From: an uncultured Prevotella sp.
Lineage (GTDB): Bacteria; Bacteroidota; Bacteroidia; Bacteroidales; Bacteroidaceae
Assembly (NCBI GenBank): GCA_905235905.1
Contig: CAJONO010000070.1
Span: 253-64,252, forward strand
Length of the DNA: 64,000 nucleotides
Direction: 5' to 3'
This document shows, one piece after another, positions 1-9,036 of the stretch. Position numbers and translations under genes: made by a program. Position 1 is the first letter of the stretch. Each line of letters begins with the position of its first letter. The notes under the pieces were generated by a model. The model saw nothing but the letters and a program-made list of their open reading frames with translations, was not told the DNA's origin and searched no databases.

Positions 1-892
1 TTCCGAAAATCTCATAGTAGGCATTACCCGACGTATTGTTGACCTTTTCCATGAGAAGGGGGATGTCGTTAAAGAGATAGACCGTGTTCTGGAGTCTGCG
101 TTTCAGATTTTCATACTCCTTCTTCTTAAAGTCAATGATATAGTCGCAGCACTCCACACACTTCTGCCAATCGCCCTTCCACAAGTAAAGGTCGGCAAGC
201 AGTGCGTACATGGCAGGACGAGTGACGCGAGCGGTGTTGTCGCGCTCAGCGGCATCGGCCATCTTGTCGGGATTGGGTTTGCGGTAGTACAGCTGTGCAT
301 CATCCTTCACGCCTTCCATGTCGGCAATCAGATTATTGAGCACCACATTAAACGAGTCGGCAGGCACTTGGTAGTTCTGCGTATCATCGATACTGGGTTC
401 GCGAGTGTAAGGCACATCGCGGAAGGTACGAATCAAGTGAAAATAGCACAAGGAACGAATGAACGTTGCCTCGGCAATGTTGGCCTTCATTTCAGTAAGC
501 GTATAATTCGGGTCCAACTCCTGCACTTGAGGTGCATAATGAATCACGATGTTGCAACGATTGATGGTCTGGTAGAAGGACGTCCAGTTGCAGAAGGGAT
601 TGCTCGGCAGGATATTCTCCTTTAGCAGATAGTTCAAATCATTAGATGATGACACGGCAATAACCATATTGTCGGAGCGTGCTTCGCCCCAAAGGCCCAT
701 GCGGGTGACGCAGTCACCAGAATGCAAGCTCTCGTAACAGCCCATCAGTACGCTGGTCACATCGCTTTTCTTGGTCCAGTAATTCTCGAGCACTACGTCA
801 TTTAACGGCTTCAGGTCGAGAAAATCGGAACAGGAGGCCAGCCCGCAGACGACGCAGACCGCACAGATTGATTTTTTTATTTTGGTAATCAT
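1..892 (-). CDS. SusD/RagB-family nutrient-binding lipoprotein (3' end runs off the window)
   Basis: Not in the ORF track; translated by hand from the ATG at 892: MITKIKKSICAVCVVCGLASCSDFLDLKP... It has a lipobox (LASC) and SusD-like segments (FYQTINRCNIVI, AEATFIRSLCYFHLIRTFRDVPY, AMYALLADLYLW), and lies directly downstream of susC. Confidence 0.92.
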   Translation of the reverse strand, partial: MITKIKKSICAVCVVCGLASCSDFLDLKPLNDVVLENYWTKKSDVTSVLMGCYESLHSGDCVTRMGLWGEARSDNMVIAVSSSNDLNYLLKENILPSNPFCNWTSFYQTINRCNIVIHYAPQVQELDPNYTLTEMKANIAEATFIRSLCYFHLIRTFRDVPYTREPSIDDTQNYQVPADSFNVVLNNLIADMEGVKDDAQLYYRKPNPDKMADAAERDNTARVTRPAMYALLADLYLWKGDWQKCVECCDYIIDFKKKEYENLKRRLQNTVYLFNDIPLLMEKVNNTSGNAYYEIFG

Positions 893-917
893 AAACTACA
901 ATTTTCAATATTCGTTT

Positions 918-3900
918 TTAGAATGAAACGGTAACGCCTCCCGTAAACGAGCGGGCACGTGGTGTCTGCGCATTATCGGTCACAACGCCATAGCCACCGT
1001 AGCCCACTTCAGGATCGGCTCCGGAGTACTTGGTGAGAACAAACAGGTTGTTGGCCGAAATGTAAAGGCTCAGCTGTGACAAGCCAAGGCTCTTCAGCAT
1101 CTTGGTGGGAAGTGCATAGCTCAGCTGCGAATAGTTCAGACGGATGAACGAGCCATCCTCAACAAAGCGGTCGCTGCCCAACCAGTTATATCCATAGTTG
1201 TACAGGGCACGGGGAATGGGCATTTCGTCGCCCTCCACACGCCAACGCCACAACACGGCCCGACTCTGGTTGTTGTTCGAGTACATGTTCTCGGCCTGCA
1301 TACGTGCCTTGTTGATAATCTTGTTGCCGTAGCGGAAGTTGAACTGGTTGTTCCACGTCAGGCGTCCCCAGTGGAGTTTGAAGCCGAATCCACCCGTGAA
1401 CTTGGGCAGTGACGATCCTAAGTAAACGATGTCGAGCTCATTGATCTGGCCGTCGTGGTTCACGTCCTCATAGATGGCATCACCACCGCGAAACTCCTTT
1501 TCCTCCTCGTCCACGCCCGTATAGCAGAACACCACGGGCTTGGTGCGGCCATAGTTGTCGAGAATCACTTTTCCGTTCTCGTCACGCGCAACAGGGGCAT
1601 TGGGGCCACTCACGCCAGGCACCTCGGTCTCAGAATACTTGCTGTACTGATAGACACCCTTGTAGCGGAAGCCGTAGATGCCGCCAAGCGGGCGGTTCAG
1701 CTCTACACGCGAGAGATAGCTGCCGTTCTTCCTGTCGAAGTCGGCATTAAGCGAGGCAAGCACTGTCTCGTCCATCTCGGTGAGTTTGTTGCGGTTGTTG
1801 GCGAAGGTGATGTTGAAGTCGAAAGAGAACTTGCCCAGCTTGAACAGGCGCTGGCCGTTCAGGTTGAACTCCCAGCCCACGTTCTCCATAGCACCCACGT
1901 TCTGATAGGCCAGCGTGGCAAAGCCTGAACTGGAGGGAAGGGCGCGGTTCATCATGAGCAGGTCGGTGGTTTTCTGTTTGTAGACCTCGACATTACCATT
2001 GATGAGGTCGTCCCAGAAGCCGAAGTCGAAGCCCAGGTTGAAGGTTTCCTTCTGTTCCCATTTCAGGTTCTTCAGCTGCACATTGCTCTGATAGACAGAG
2101 CCATAGGTCATGTAGCCCTTACCACCCGTATATTTACTGTAGAAGAGACCTTCGCCACCAGGCTGGTTACCCACGATACCCCAACCCGGACGGATGGCCA
2201 GCATGCTCACGAAGGGCAGAGCTTTCTTCATCCAAGGCTCGTCGCTGATAATCCACTTTCCCGACAGTGCGGGGAAATTGCCCCAACGCTGGTCGGCACC
2301 GAACTTGGTGCTACCGTCACGGCGCACAGAGAAGTCGGCAACGTAGCGGCCTTTGAATGCATAGTGGGCCGAGAAAGTGAGATAGATGCTGCGCCACTGG
2401 CCGGGTGAAGAGCTGAAGCTGGAGATGATGCCCGGCGCACTGGCCGAGATAATCGTACCCGTAGGCAGTCCATACTCACTGGTATTCTGTCCCGTGCTGG
2501 TACCCTTGGTCAGCTGTCCGCGTACCATCATCATAAACGAGTGATCTTTGTTGGCAAACTGCGGGGCATAGGTCAGCGTGTGGGTAGTCGTGATTCCCAG
2601 GCTCTTATAGGCATTGTTGGTAGCCAGATTGGCATCACTACTGTTCCATCCGCCTGTGCTCAAGGATAGTGGGCGGAACATATCGTTGTAGCGATTGAAG
2701 ATGTTGAATACAATCTTACCCTCATAGGTCAGTCGCGACTTCTCATCGTCAATACCCAACAGTTCGTAGTTCAGCTTGAACTCTGGCTCAATGTTATAGC
2801 TGGTCTCCACGTTCTTTGCCAAATCGGCCAGGGCGATGGGGTTGTAGTCCTTGAGCTGGTTTTCACGGAACACTTGGTTCACCGTAGGCAGCATATTATA
2901 ATAGGTACCCAGGGAGTTGCCCTCCTTGTCTTGCTCATAGATGGCCAGGTTAGGCATGCGGCGATAGGCCACCGAGAGCAGGTCGGCATAGTTCTTCTGG
3001 TTGTTCGTATAGGTCAGTGCCACGTTGGTGGCAATCTTGATGCGGTCGCTGACGAAGTAGTCGAGTGCCACACGGGTAGTGAAGCGGTCGAGTTGCTGCT
3101 TGATGATAGAACCCGTCTCGTGGTCGTAGCCGGCAGCAATGCGGAAATTTGCTTTCTCACCACCACCGCTTAAAGCCACATAATGATTCTGTCGCCAACC
3201 AGTCTTCTTCACGGCATCGACCCAGTCGGTGTTGTCGTTATACATCTGATACTCAGAGAAGTCGCCGCCCGACTTATAGTTGATTTCGTCGATGTTATCG
3301 CTGGCACCGGCTTGCAGATGCGGATTGAAATACTCTTCCTTCAGCATCATCGTATACTCGTCACCGTTCAGCAGTTTCATGCCATCGGGCTGGTAAGTAC
3401 CAGTCAGACGCAGGCTATAGGTCACCCTGGTCTTGCCTCGGGCACCACGCTTGGTCTTAATCTCAATAACGCCATTGGCACCTTGGGAACCCCAGATGGC
3501 CGTGGCTGCAGCATCCTTCAGCACGGCAATGCTCTCAATATCCTCAGGGTTGACGTTGAGCAACTCGGCAAACTTCTCGTCGTTGGCCGAAGAGAAATCG
3601 AAATCGCCGGTATTTCCCGTTTCCCACACATTGCCGTCGACCACTATGAGCGGCTCGCTCGAACCGTTGATACTCGACACGCCACGCAGACGCATTGACG
3701 TGCCACTGCCCAGGTTGCCCGAATTGGCCACGATGTCGAGACCGGCAATACGGCCCTGCAAAGCCTCGTCGACGGTAGTCATCGACAGGCCCTCGAACTC
3801 CTTCATGTCGATGCTTTGGCGGGCAGTGGATATTTCCTTCTGCGGGATGGCAAGTCCCGAGCCCTGTGCTCTTTTCTTTGCCGTGACGGTCACGCCATCG

Positions 3901-4229
3901 AGCTGGGTGGCATCCTTCAGCTGCACGACATAGTTTGTCTTATTGAAAGGCAGCACCACCGTCTTGCAACCCACGTAGGTGATGCGCATCTTATCCTTGG
4001 GATTCTTCAGCTTGAACGAGAAGTTGCCGTTCATATCGGTAGTAGTAGCCGCAATGATACGGTTGGCTGCATCCATCTCGACTACATTGGCTCCCATGAC
4101 AGGCCCGAACGCATCGGACACTCTGCCGCTGATAATATCGCCAACCTTCTGAGCATACGAATTGATAATTGACAATTGACAACCAACCATTATCAACCCT
4201 ACAATTCTTATAAATCTTTTACTAATCAT
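918..4229 (-). CDS. SusC/RagA-family TonB-dependent outer-membrane transporter
   Basis: N-terminal CarboxypepD-like domain, plug motifs (PLIVVDG, NPEDIESIAVLKDAAATAIWGSQGANGVIEIKTKRG) and terminal Phe. The ORF could start at 4253; MISKRF at 4229 is the preferred start. Confidence 0.95.
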   Translation of the reverse strand: MISKRFIRIVGLIMVGCQLSIINSYAQKVGDIISGRVSDAFGPVMGANVVEMDAANRIIAATTTDMNGNFSFKLKNPKDKMRITYVGCKTVVLPFNKTNYVVQLKDATQLDGVTVTAKKRAQGSGLAIPQKEISTARQSIDMKEFEGLSMTTVDEALQGRIAGLDIVANSGNLGSGTSMRLRGVSSINGSSEPLIVVDGNVWETGNTGDFDFSSANDEKFAELLNVNPEDIESIAVLKDAAATAIWGSQGANGVIEIKTKRGARGKTRVTYSLRLTGTYQPDGMKLLNGDEYTMMLKEEYFNPHLQAGASDNIDEINYKSGGDFSEYQMYNDNTDWVDAVKKTGWRQNHYVALSGGGEKANFRIAAGYDHETGSIIKQQLDRFTTRVALDYFVSDRIKIATNVALTYTNNQKNYADLLSVAYRRMPNLAIYEQDKEGNSLGTYYNMLPTVNQVFRENQLKDYNPIALADLAKNVETSYNIEPEFKLNYELLGIDDEKSRLTYEGKIVFNIFNRYNDMFRPLSLSTGGWNSSDANLATNNAYKSLGITTTHTLTYAPQFANKDHSFMMMVRGQLTKGTSTGQNTSEYGLPTGTIISASAPGIISSFSSSPGQWRSIYLTFSAHYAFKGRYVADFSVRRDGSTKFGADQRWGNFPALSGKWIISDEPWMKKALPFVSMLAIRPGWGIVGNQPGGEGLFYSKYTGGKGYMTYGSVYQSNVQLKNLKWEQKETFNLGFDFGFWDDLINGNVEVYKQKTTDLLMMNRALPSSSGFATLAYQNVGAMENVGWEFNLNGQRLFKLGKFSFDFNITFANNRNKLTEMDETVLASLNADFDRKNGSYLSRVELNRPLGGIYGFRYKGVYQYSKYSETEVPGVSGPNAPVARDENGKVILDNYGRTKPVVFCYTGVDEEEKEFRGGDAIYEDVNHDGQINELDIVYLGSSLPKFTGGFGFKLHWGRLTWNNQFNFRYGNKIINKARMQAENMYSNNNQSRAVLWRWRVEGDEMPIPRALYNYGYNWLGSDRFVEDGSFIRLNYSQLSYALPTKMLKSLGLSQLSLYISANNLFVLTKYSGADPEVGYGGYGVVTDNAQTPRARSFTGGVTVSF

Positions 4230-4249
4230 AATTCTCTGGTTTTCAATTA

Positions 4250-6802
4250 TCAATTCTCAATTAATAATGGTCCGTCAATGAGGTGAATAACAGCCGACGA
4301 TGAGTTATGGATAATGGTGGCCTTGCTCTTGTCGTTGGAACCGTATGTATACTCACGGGCCATGACGTTGAAGAGGCCGGCATGCTCAGTCATTACCCTG
4401 CGCTCGTTGCCTGCCTTGTCCTTAATGGTAATGGCACTGCCCTGCTTGTCGGTAGTCACCTTCAGTTTATTGAAGGTCTTACTGGCCTTATCGATAAAGG
4501 CTGTCTCATATTCAGTGGTATTCGAATCGCTGCCCGAAAGATTGTCGGCTCCGATATAGACTGCATTGTCCTGGATATGATAACGCAGGAATTCATTAAT
4601 TTGGCGCGCCTTGAGGGTATCTTCAGGGGCCACATCTTCCCACTTCGAGAGTTTTCCTGCTTCAATCAGCTTGTCAATGCTTTCATTGGTAGGCACGTAG
4701 ATAGTGTAGTGGAAGTTGTTGAACACGCTGATGCACGTATCGCTACAGGCGAAACGACCGTCGTGGATGGTTTCCAAGAGGTCGCTGCCCTCAAGCAGTT
4801 CGCGGAAGCGGCTGAACTCCGGATGCTGTCCCAGCAGGTTGAACACGGTCTGTCGTGTGCCCAGCACGGGTCCCTCCTCCAAGATGTAAGTCTTGCCGTT
4901 ACCGCCATTGGTCTGGTCGTAGATATAGCTGATGGGCACAGAGGGTGTCTCTCCGTTCACCTGGCGGCTGCCCTCCACAAACATGCCATCGACACCTTTT
5001 TCCACATCGCGCACATGCAGTGTTGAGCCGCCCTTGGTACGATAGTACTCATGACCGTCTTCCACATCGCCTATGACCACATGGTCGTCGAGGATGGTAT
5101 ACAGACGGTTCAGGATGGGGTTGTTGTCCAAGCTCTTGCCACCCTTGTTCTCCAGTACGCCCACGGAGTCGCCGGGAAGTCCCGTCTCAGGGTCCATGTT
5201 ATGAATGCTGGCATAGACCTCACTGCCTTTCTTGTTGGGGTCGTAGTGGAATTGCAGTATCTGACGCTGCGGCTTGCCATAGGAGCAGGGGTCAACATAC
5301 GACAGCAGCGCATTGTTCGACGGGAGGAAGAAGCTATAGCGGGAGTTCAGCGAATTCAGGTAGGCGCCATAGTTCAACTGCTCGATGGCCCAGTGCATGA
5401 TGCTCATGTTCTGGTCGACCACGGTGGGATACATCACACTGACAAACGAGGTGGGCGTAAACACGTGGTTGGTCAGGTAGACAGCGCCGTTGCAGGCCAG
5501 CCACACCGAGTCGACATGCTCCTTGGTGATACCCATGGGGTCGGCAGCATCGTTCAGGATGAACTGGAACTTGCTGGGCACACTGCTCACGAACGACGAG
5601 AGCATGTTGGCCTTGAGAAACTCGGAAAGCGTGGAATAAGGCACGTTGTCCCACGAGCCGAAGCTCTTGCGCAGGGCAGCACCGGCACCATTCTCCCAGT
5701 AATCATTCAAAGCCTTGTCGCTTGGCACCAGTATCACAGCCATGTCTTGCTGTAGGGCGGTCTCGCTCTTCGCATTGGTTAGGATATAATAGCTGTTCCA
5801 CCCTGGGTCGAACGGCAGTTCACCATTGGCCTGGCTTTTCTGGTTGTGGGTGGAAGTAAACTCCTGTCCACCCTGAGAGCGCTTGGAGAAGTAGCGCAGC
5901 TGGAACACCGAGTCGACGTTGGTGCCACGGTTGGCATTATAGGCTCGGGTCACCTCGTCGCCACAATAGTCGAGCACCGAGTAGCGCTGCAGCAGATGGG
6001 CGAAAGTCGTTGTGTTCGGTTTCTTGGCAATGATGTCGGCCATGTTGGGCAACGGTGTTACCACTTCGCTCATGCGGTTGATGAAACCGTTGAGGCAACG
6101 TATGTTCTGCTCGACAATCTGTGCGCCATTCACCGAAGCGTCGCCGCTATTGCGATGGGTGGTATAGTTGAAGAGGAAATCATAGTCGTCGTTGGTTATC
6201 TGCTTGTTGGCCATGTGGCGCTCAATGAAATGAATCATGGGTATCGGCGTCATGTCGTGCATCACAACCAGCGAGTCGCGGTCGCGATAGCCTTGCCAGT
6301 AGATGGCGTCGGGGATGTCGTTCTTTTGCATCACCGGCACCGAGTCATAGATGGACAGCGATGACTGGCGGCGCATGCAGTCGCCCTCAACGGGCCCCTC
6401 GGTGCTGGAAAGTGACTGCACCTGATAGCTGTTGTCAATCATGCTTCCGAAGAGCAGTAACTTCTTCTGCGACGTCGACAGCTTGTCATAGCTGCCCACA
6501 CCCCAGTCGTTCTTCTGGAAGAAGCGCTCGAAAGCAGCATCATCGGCCACGAACAGCGTCTTCGAGCCTGTCTTGTCGAGCACCTCACGGTAGCCCAGGT
6601 CGTCAATCATTCTCACTGTGTTGGTGAAGTTGCCCTGACTGTTCAGCCAACCATAGATGCTCGACCCCCACCCTTCGGGAGTATGCTCGTCCAGGTCATA
6701 CTGTGTACACGACGTCAGACCGCCAACACCAGACAGTGCCACTGCAGCTGCCAGCATCAGTCCATGCCAGCCCCGCCTACAGAATCGTCTTTCGGTTTTC
6801 AT
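4250..6802 (-). CDS. Fasciclin (FAS1)-domain lipoprotein of the SusC/D locus
   Basis: Lipobox LTSC; repeated FAS1 motifs (KTLFVADDAAF, NGFINRMSEV, VILVPSDKAL, SFFLPSNNAL, TIYVPTNES, VIHLIDGPL). Confidence 0.85.
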   Translation of the reverse strand: MKTERRFCRRGWHGLMLAAAVALSGVGGLTSCTQYDLDEHTPEGWGSSIYGWLNSQGNFTNTVRMIDDLGYREVLDKTGSKTLFVADDAAFERFFQKNDWGVGSYDKLSTSQKKLLLFGSMIDNSYQVQSLSSTEGPVEGDCMRRQSSLSIYDSVPVMQKNDIPDAIYWQGYRDRDSLVVMHDMTPIPMIHFIERHMANKQITNDDYDFLFNYTTHRNSGDASVNGAQIVEQNIRCLNGFINRMSEVVTPLPNMADIIAKKPNTTTFAHLLQRYSVLDYCGDEVTRAYNANRGTNVDSVFQLRYFSKRSQGGQEFTSTHNQKSQANGELPFDPGWNSYYILTNAKSETALQQDMAVILVPSDKALNDYWENGAGAALRKSFGSWDNVPYSTLSEFLKANMLSSFVSSVPSKFQFILNDAADPMGITKEHVDSVWLACNGAVYLTNHVFTPTSFVSVMYPTVVDQNMSIMHWAIEQLNYGAYLNSLNSRYSFFLPSNNALLSYVDPCSYGKPQRQILQFHYDPNKKGSEVYASIHNMDPETGLPGDSVGVLENKGGKSLDNNPILNRLYTILDDHVVIGDVEDGHEYYRTKGGSTLHVRDVEKGVDGMFVEGSRQVNGETPSVPISYIYDQTNGGNGKTYILEEGPVLGTRQTVFNLLGQHPEFSRFRELLEGSDLLETIHDGRFACSDTCISVFNNFHYTIYVPTNESIDKLIEAGKLSKWEDVAPEDTLKARQINEFLRYHIQDNAVYIGADNLSGSDSNTTEYETAFIDKASKTFNKLKVTTDKQGSAITIKDKAGNERRVMTEHAGLFNVMAREYTYGSNDKSKATIIHNSSSAVIHLIDGPLLIEN

Positions 6803-6849
6803 ACGGTTTGTTTAATTTTTAAGATATTTTGTTTGCATTATTTTCTGTG

Positions 6850-6857
6850 CAAAGGTA
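6850..6857 (-). promoter_or_regulatory. Bacteroidetes -7 promoter element (TACCTTTG) for the fasciclin-susC-susD unit
   Basis: Matches TAnnTTTG about 50 bp upstream of the ATG at 6802. Confidence 0.7.
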
Positions 6858-7025
6858 TATAAATAACGCATAACGGGCTTGTACAAACGTTTTATCCACT
6901 TTCCTCTTCGTTTACGTCACTTTTGTTTTTGTCTCACATTATTACGCTTTTATCTCATATTTCCAAAGCAAAAGCGCTGCAACACTATTCAGCGGGGCTG
7001 CAAACCGCCAAGCAGAGACATCCGT

Positions 7026-7218
7026 TCCTTATCGACTGCATAACCATACGTTTATTGAAACCTGGTTGAATTACCTTGCAGTTCATGCTGAATTGTGCCG
7101 CAATTCATGCCAGATTGTCGGACAATTCAACACGAATTACGGCACAATTCAAGTATGTTTGCAACGCACTGTGAATCAAATGCTTACAAAACGCATATTC
7201 TTGAATAAACATGCACAT
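7026..7218 (-). repeat. Dispersed ~200-bp modular element, copy E1
   Basis: Boxes at 7037-7050 and 7202-7215; AATT-like motifs at 7069, 7080, 7091, 7102, 7113, 7124, 7135, 7146; IHF-like palindrome at 7162-7186. Begins at the pepP stop codon. Confidence 0.85.
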
Positions 7219-9024
7219 TCAGATTGGCGCGGTGGCCTTGCGGAGCCATGCCTGCTCTTCAGTCGTGAGATGGGGAGAGAGGACTTCGAAGACGTGCCGG
7301 TGGTAGTCGTCGAGCCACTGTCGCTCATCGTCGGTGAGCATGGCGGGGGCGATGGGCCGCTTGTCAATGGGGCAAAGGGTGAGGGGCTCCAGTTTCAGAT
7401 AGCTCCCAAATTCGCTTTCGAAGGCAGGCACAATGAGCATCGTGTTCTCGATGCGCACCCCGAAACGTCCAGGCAGATAGATGCCTGGCTCTACGGTGAT
7501 GGTCATGCCGGCAATGAGGGGTTGGGGCTTCCACTCCATGCGAAACTGGTGAGGGCCTTCGTGGACGCTCAGATAGGAGCCGACACCATGACCTGTGCCG
7601 TGGAGGTAGTTCAGGCCCTCGCGCCACATGAACTGGCGGGCCAGCACGTCGAGCTGGGTGCCTGCGGTGCGGTTGGGGAAGACGGCCCGCGACAGGGCGA
7701 TGTGGCCTTTGAGCACAAGGGTATAGACATGGCGCTCATGGTCGGTGATTGGGCCGAGGGCAATGGTGCGCGTAATGTCGGTAGTGCCATCCTGATATTG
7801 TGCTCCGCTGTCGAGCAAGAGCAGTCCTTCGGGACGCAGGGGAATGTCGGTTTCGGGCGTAGCCTCGTAGTGGACGATGGCTCCATGCTGACCGTAGCCT
7901 GCAATGGTGTCGAACGAGAGGTCGCGGTAGCGCGGCTGCTCGGCGCGCAGGGATGTCAGTTTCTGGTCGATGGAAATCTCGGTTAGTTGAGGGTTGGGAG
8001 CCAAGGGTTGGGAGATGCTGGCGTCGAGCCACTTCAGGAAGCGCACCATGGCAATGCCGTCGCGCAGCATGGCCTCACGGTAGCCGCGCTGCTCGGCCTC
8101 GTTTTTTACGATCTTCATGGCTGGCACGGGCGAGGTATCGCGCACCACATCGCGCCTGACGGCCTTCCAAAGGGCATAGCTGGTCTCAGCAGGATCCAGA
8201 AGGATGGTCTGTTCGAAATAGTCGCGCAGTCCTTTCTGTATGTTGGCATAGTCGTCCACCAGGATTTTGTTCTCCTTCAGGTAACGTTCCACCTCTTCAG
8301 ACAGTTTCTCCTTATTTATATATAAGGTGACGCTTGTGGTGGAGATAAGCAGATAGCTGACAAAGACGGGGGTGCAGTGTACGTCGGTGCCGCGCAGGTT
8401 GAGCGTCCAGGCAATGTCGTCGAGGGCACTGACGAGCATACCGTCGGCATACTGCTCTCGCAGGGCGCGGCGGATGCGGCCAATCTTCTCTCCACAGGTC
8501 TCGCCCGCCAGTTCCAGCGGCTGAACCTCGATCTTGTTCTCTGGAATGGCGGGACGGTCTTTCCAGATAGACTGCAGTGGGTCATAGTTGGTGCGGAGGG
8601 TGATGCCTCCCTGCCTGCGCAGTTCTTTTACCAGCTCTTCAGCATCGGCAGTAGAACAGACCATGCCATCGATGCCCACCTCGGTATAGGGGGAATGGCT
8701 TGCCGAGAGCTGGGAGCCAATCCACTCGGCAATAGTGGGCGTTCCCTCCATCTTCAACTTCATCAGCTGGAACTCGGTGCCTTTCAACTGTTCTTCGGCA
8801 GCAAGGAAATAGCGCGAGTCAGTCCACAGGGCGGCACTGTCGTGTGTGACTACCGCTGTTCCAGCCGAGCCGTTGAAACCGCTTATCCATTCGCGGCCTT
8901 TCCAGTGGTCGGCCACATACTCGCTCTGATGGGCATCGGTGCTGGGGAAGATGAAAGCCCCCAGATGCTCTCTGCGCAACTGTTCGCGCAGTGCTTCTAA
9001 TCGTTGTGAAATGGTGTTCTGCAT
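7219..9024 (-). CDS. Xaa-Pro aminopeptidase (aminopeptidase P, family M24B)
   Basis: Creatinase N-domain (DAHQSEY, SGFNGSAG) and metal-binding motifs DSGAQYQDGTTDITRT, HGTGHGVG..VHEGP, EPGIY, RIEN. Confidence 0.95.
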   Translation of the reverse strand: MQNTISQRLEALREQLRREHLGAFIFPSTDAHQSEYVADHWKGREWISGFNGSAGTAVVTHDSAALWTDSRYFLAAEEQLKGTEFQLMKLKMEGTPTIAEWIGSQLSASHSPYTEVGIDGMVCSTADAEELVKELRRQGGITLRTNYDPLQSIWKDRPAIPENKIEVQPLELAGETCGEKIGRIRRALREQYADGMLVSALDDIAWTLNLRGTDVHCTPVFVSYLLISTTSVTLYINKEKLSEEVERYLKENKILVDDYANIQKGLRDYFEQTILLDPAETSYALWKAVRRDVVRDTSPVPAMKIVKNEAEQRGYREAMLRDGIAMVRFLKWLDASISQPLAPNPQLTEISIDQKLTSLRAEQPRYRDLSFDTIAGYGQHGAIVHYEATPETDIPLRPEGLLLLDSGAQYQDGTTDITRTIALGPITDHERHVYTLVLKGHIALSRAVFPNRTAGTQLDVLARQFMWREGLNYLHGTGHGVGSYLSVHEGPHQFRMEWKPQPLIAGMTITVEPGIYLPGRFGVRIENTMLIVPAFESEFGSYLKLEPLTLCPIDKRPIAPAMLTDDERQWLDDYHRHVFEVLSPHLTTEEQAWLRKATAPI

Positions 9025-9036
9025 TGAATCGTCGTC

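Noticed and set aside
7069-7150. AATT arrays as mini-CRISPR arrays
   Set aside because: The variable parts are only 7 bp, repeats are degenerate and switch orientation, and there are no cas genes in the window.
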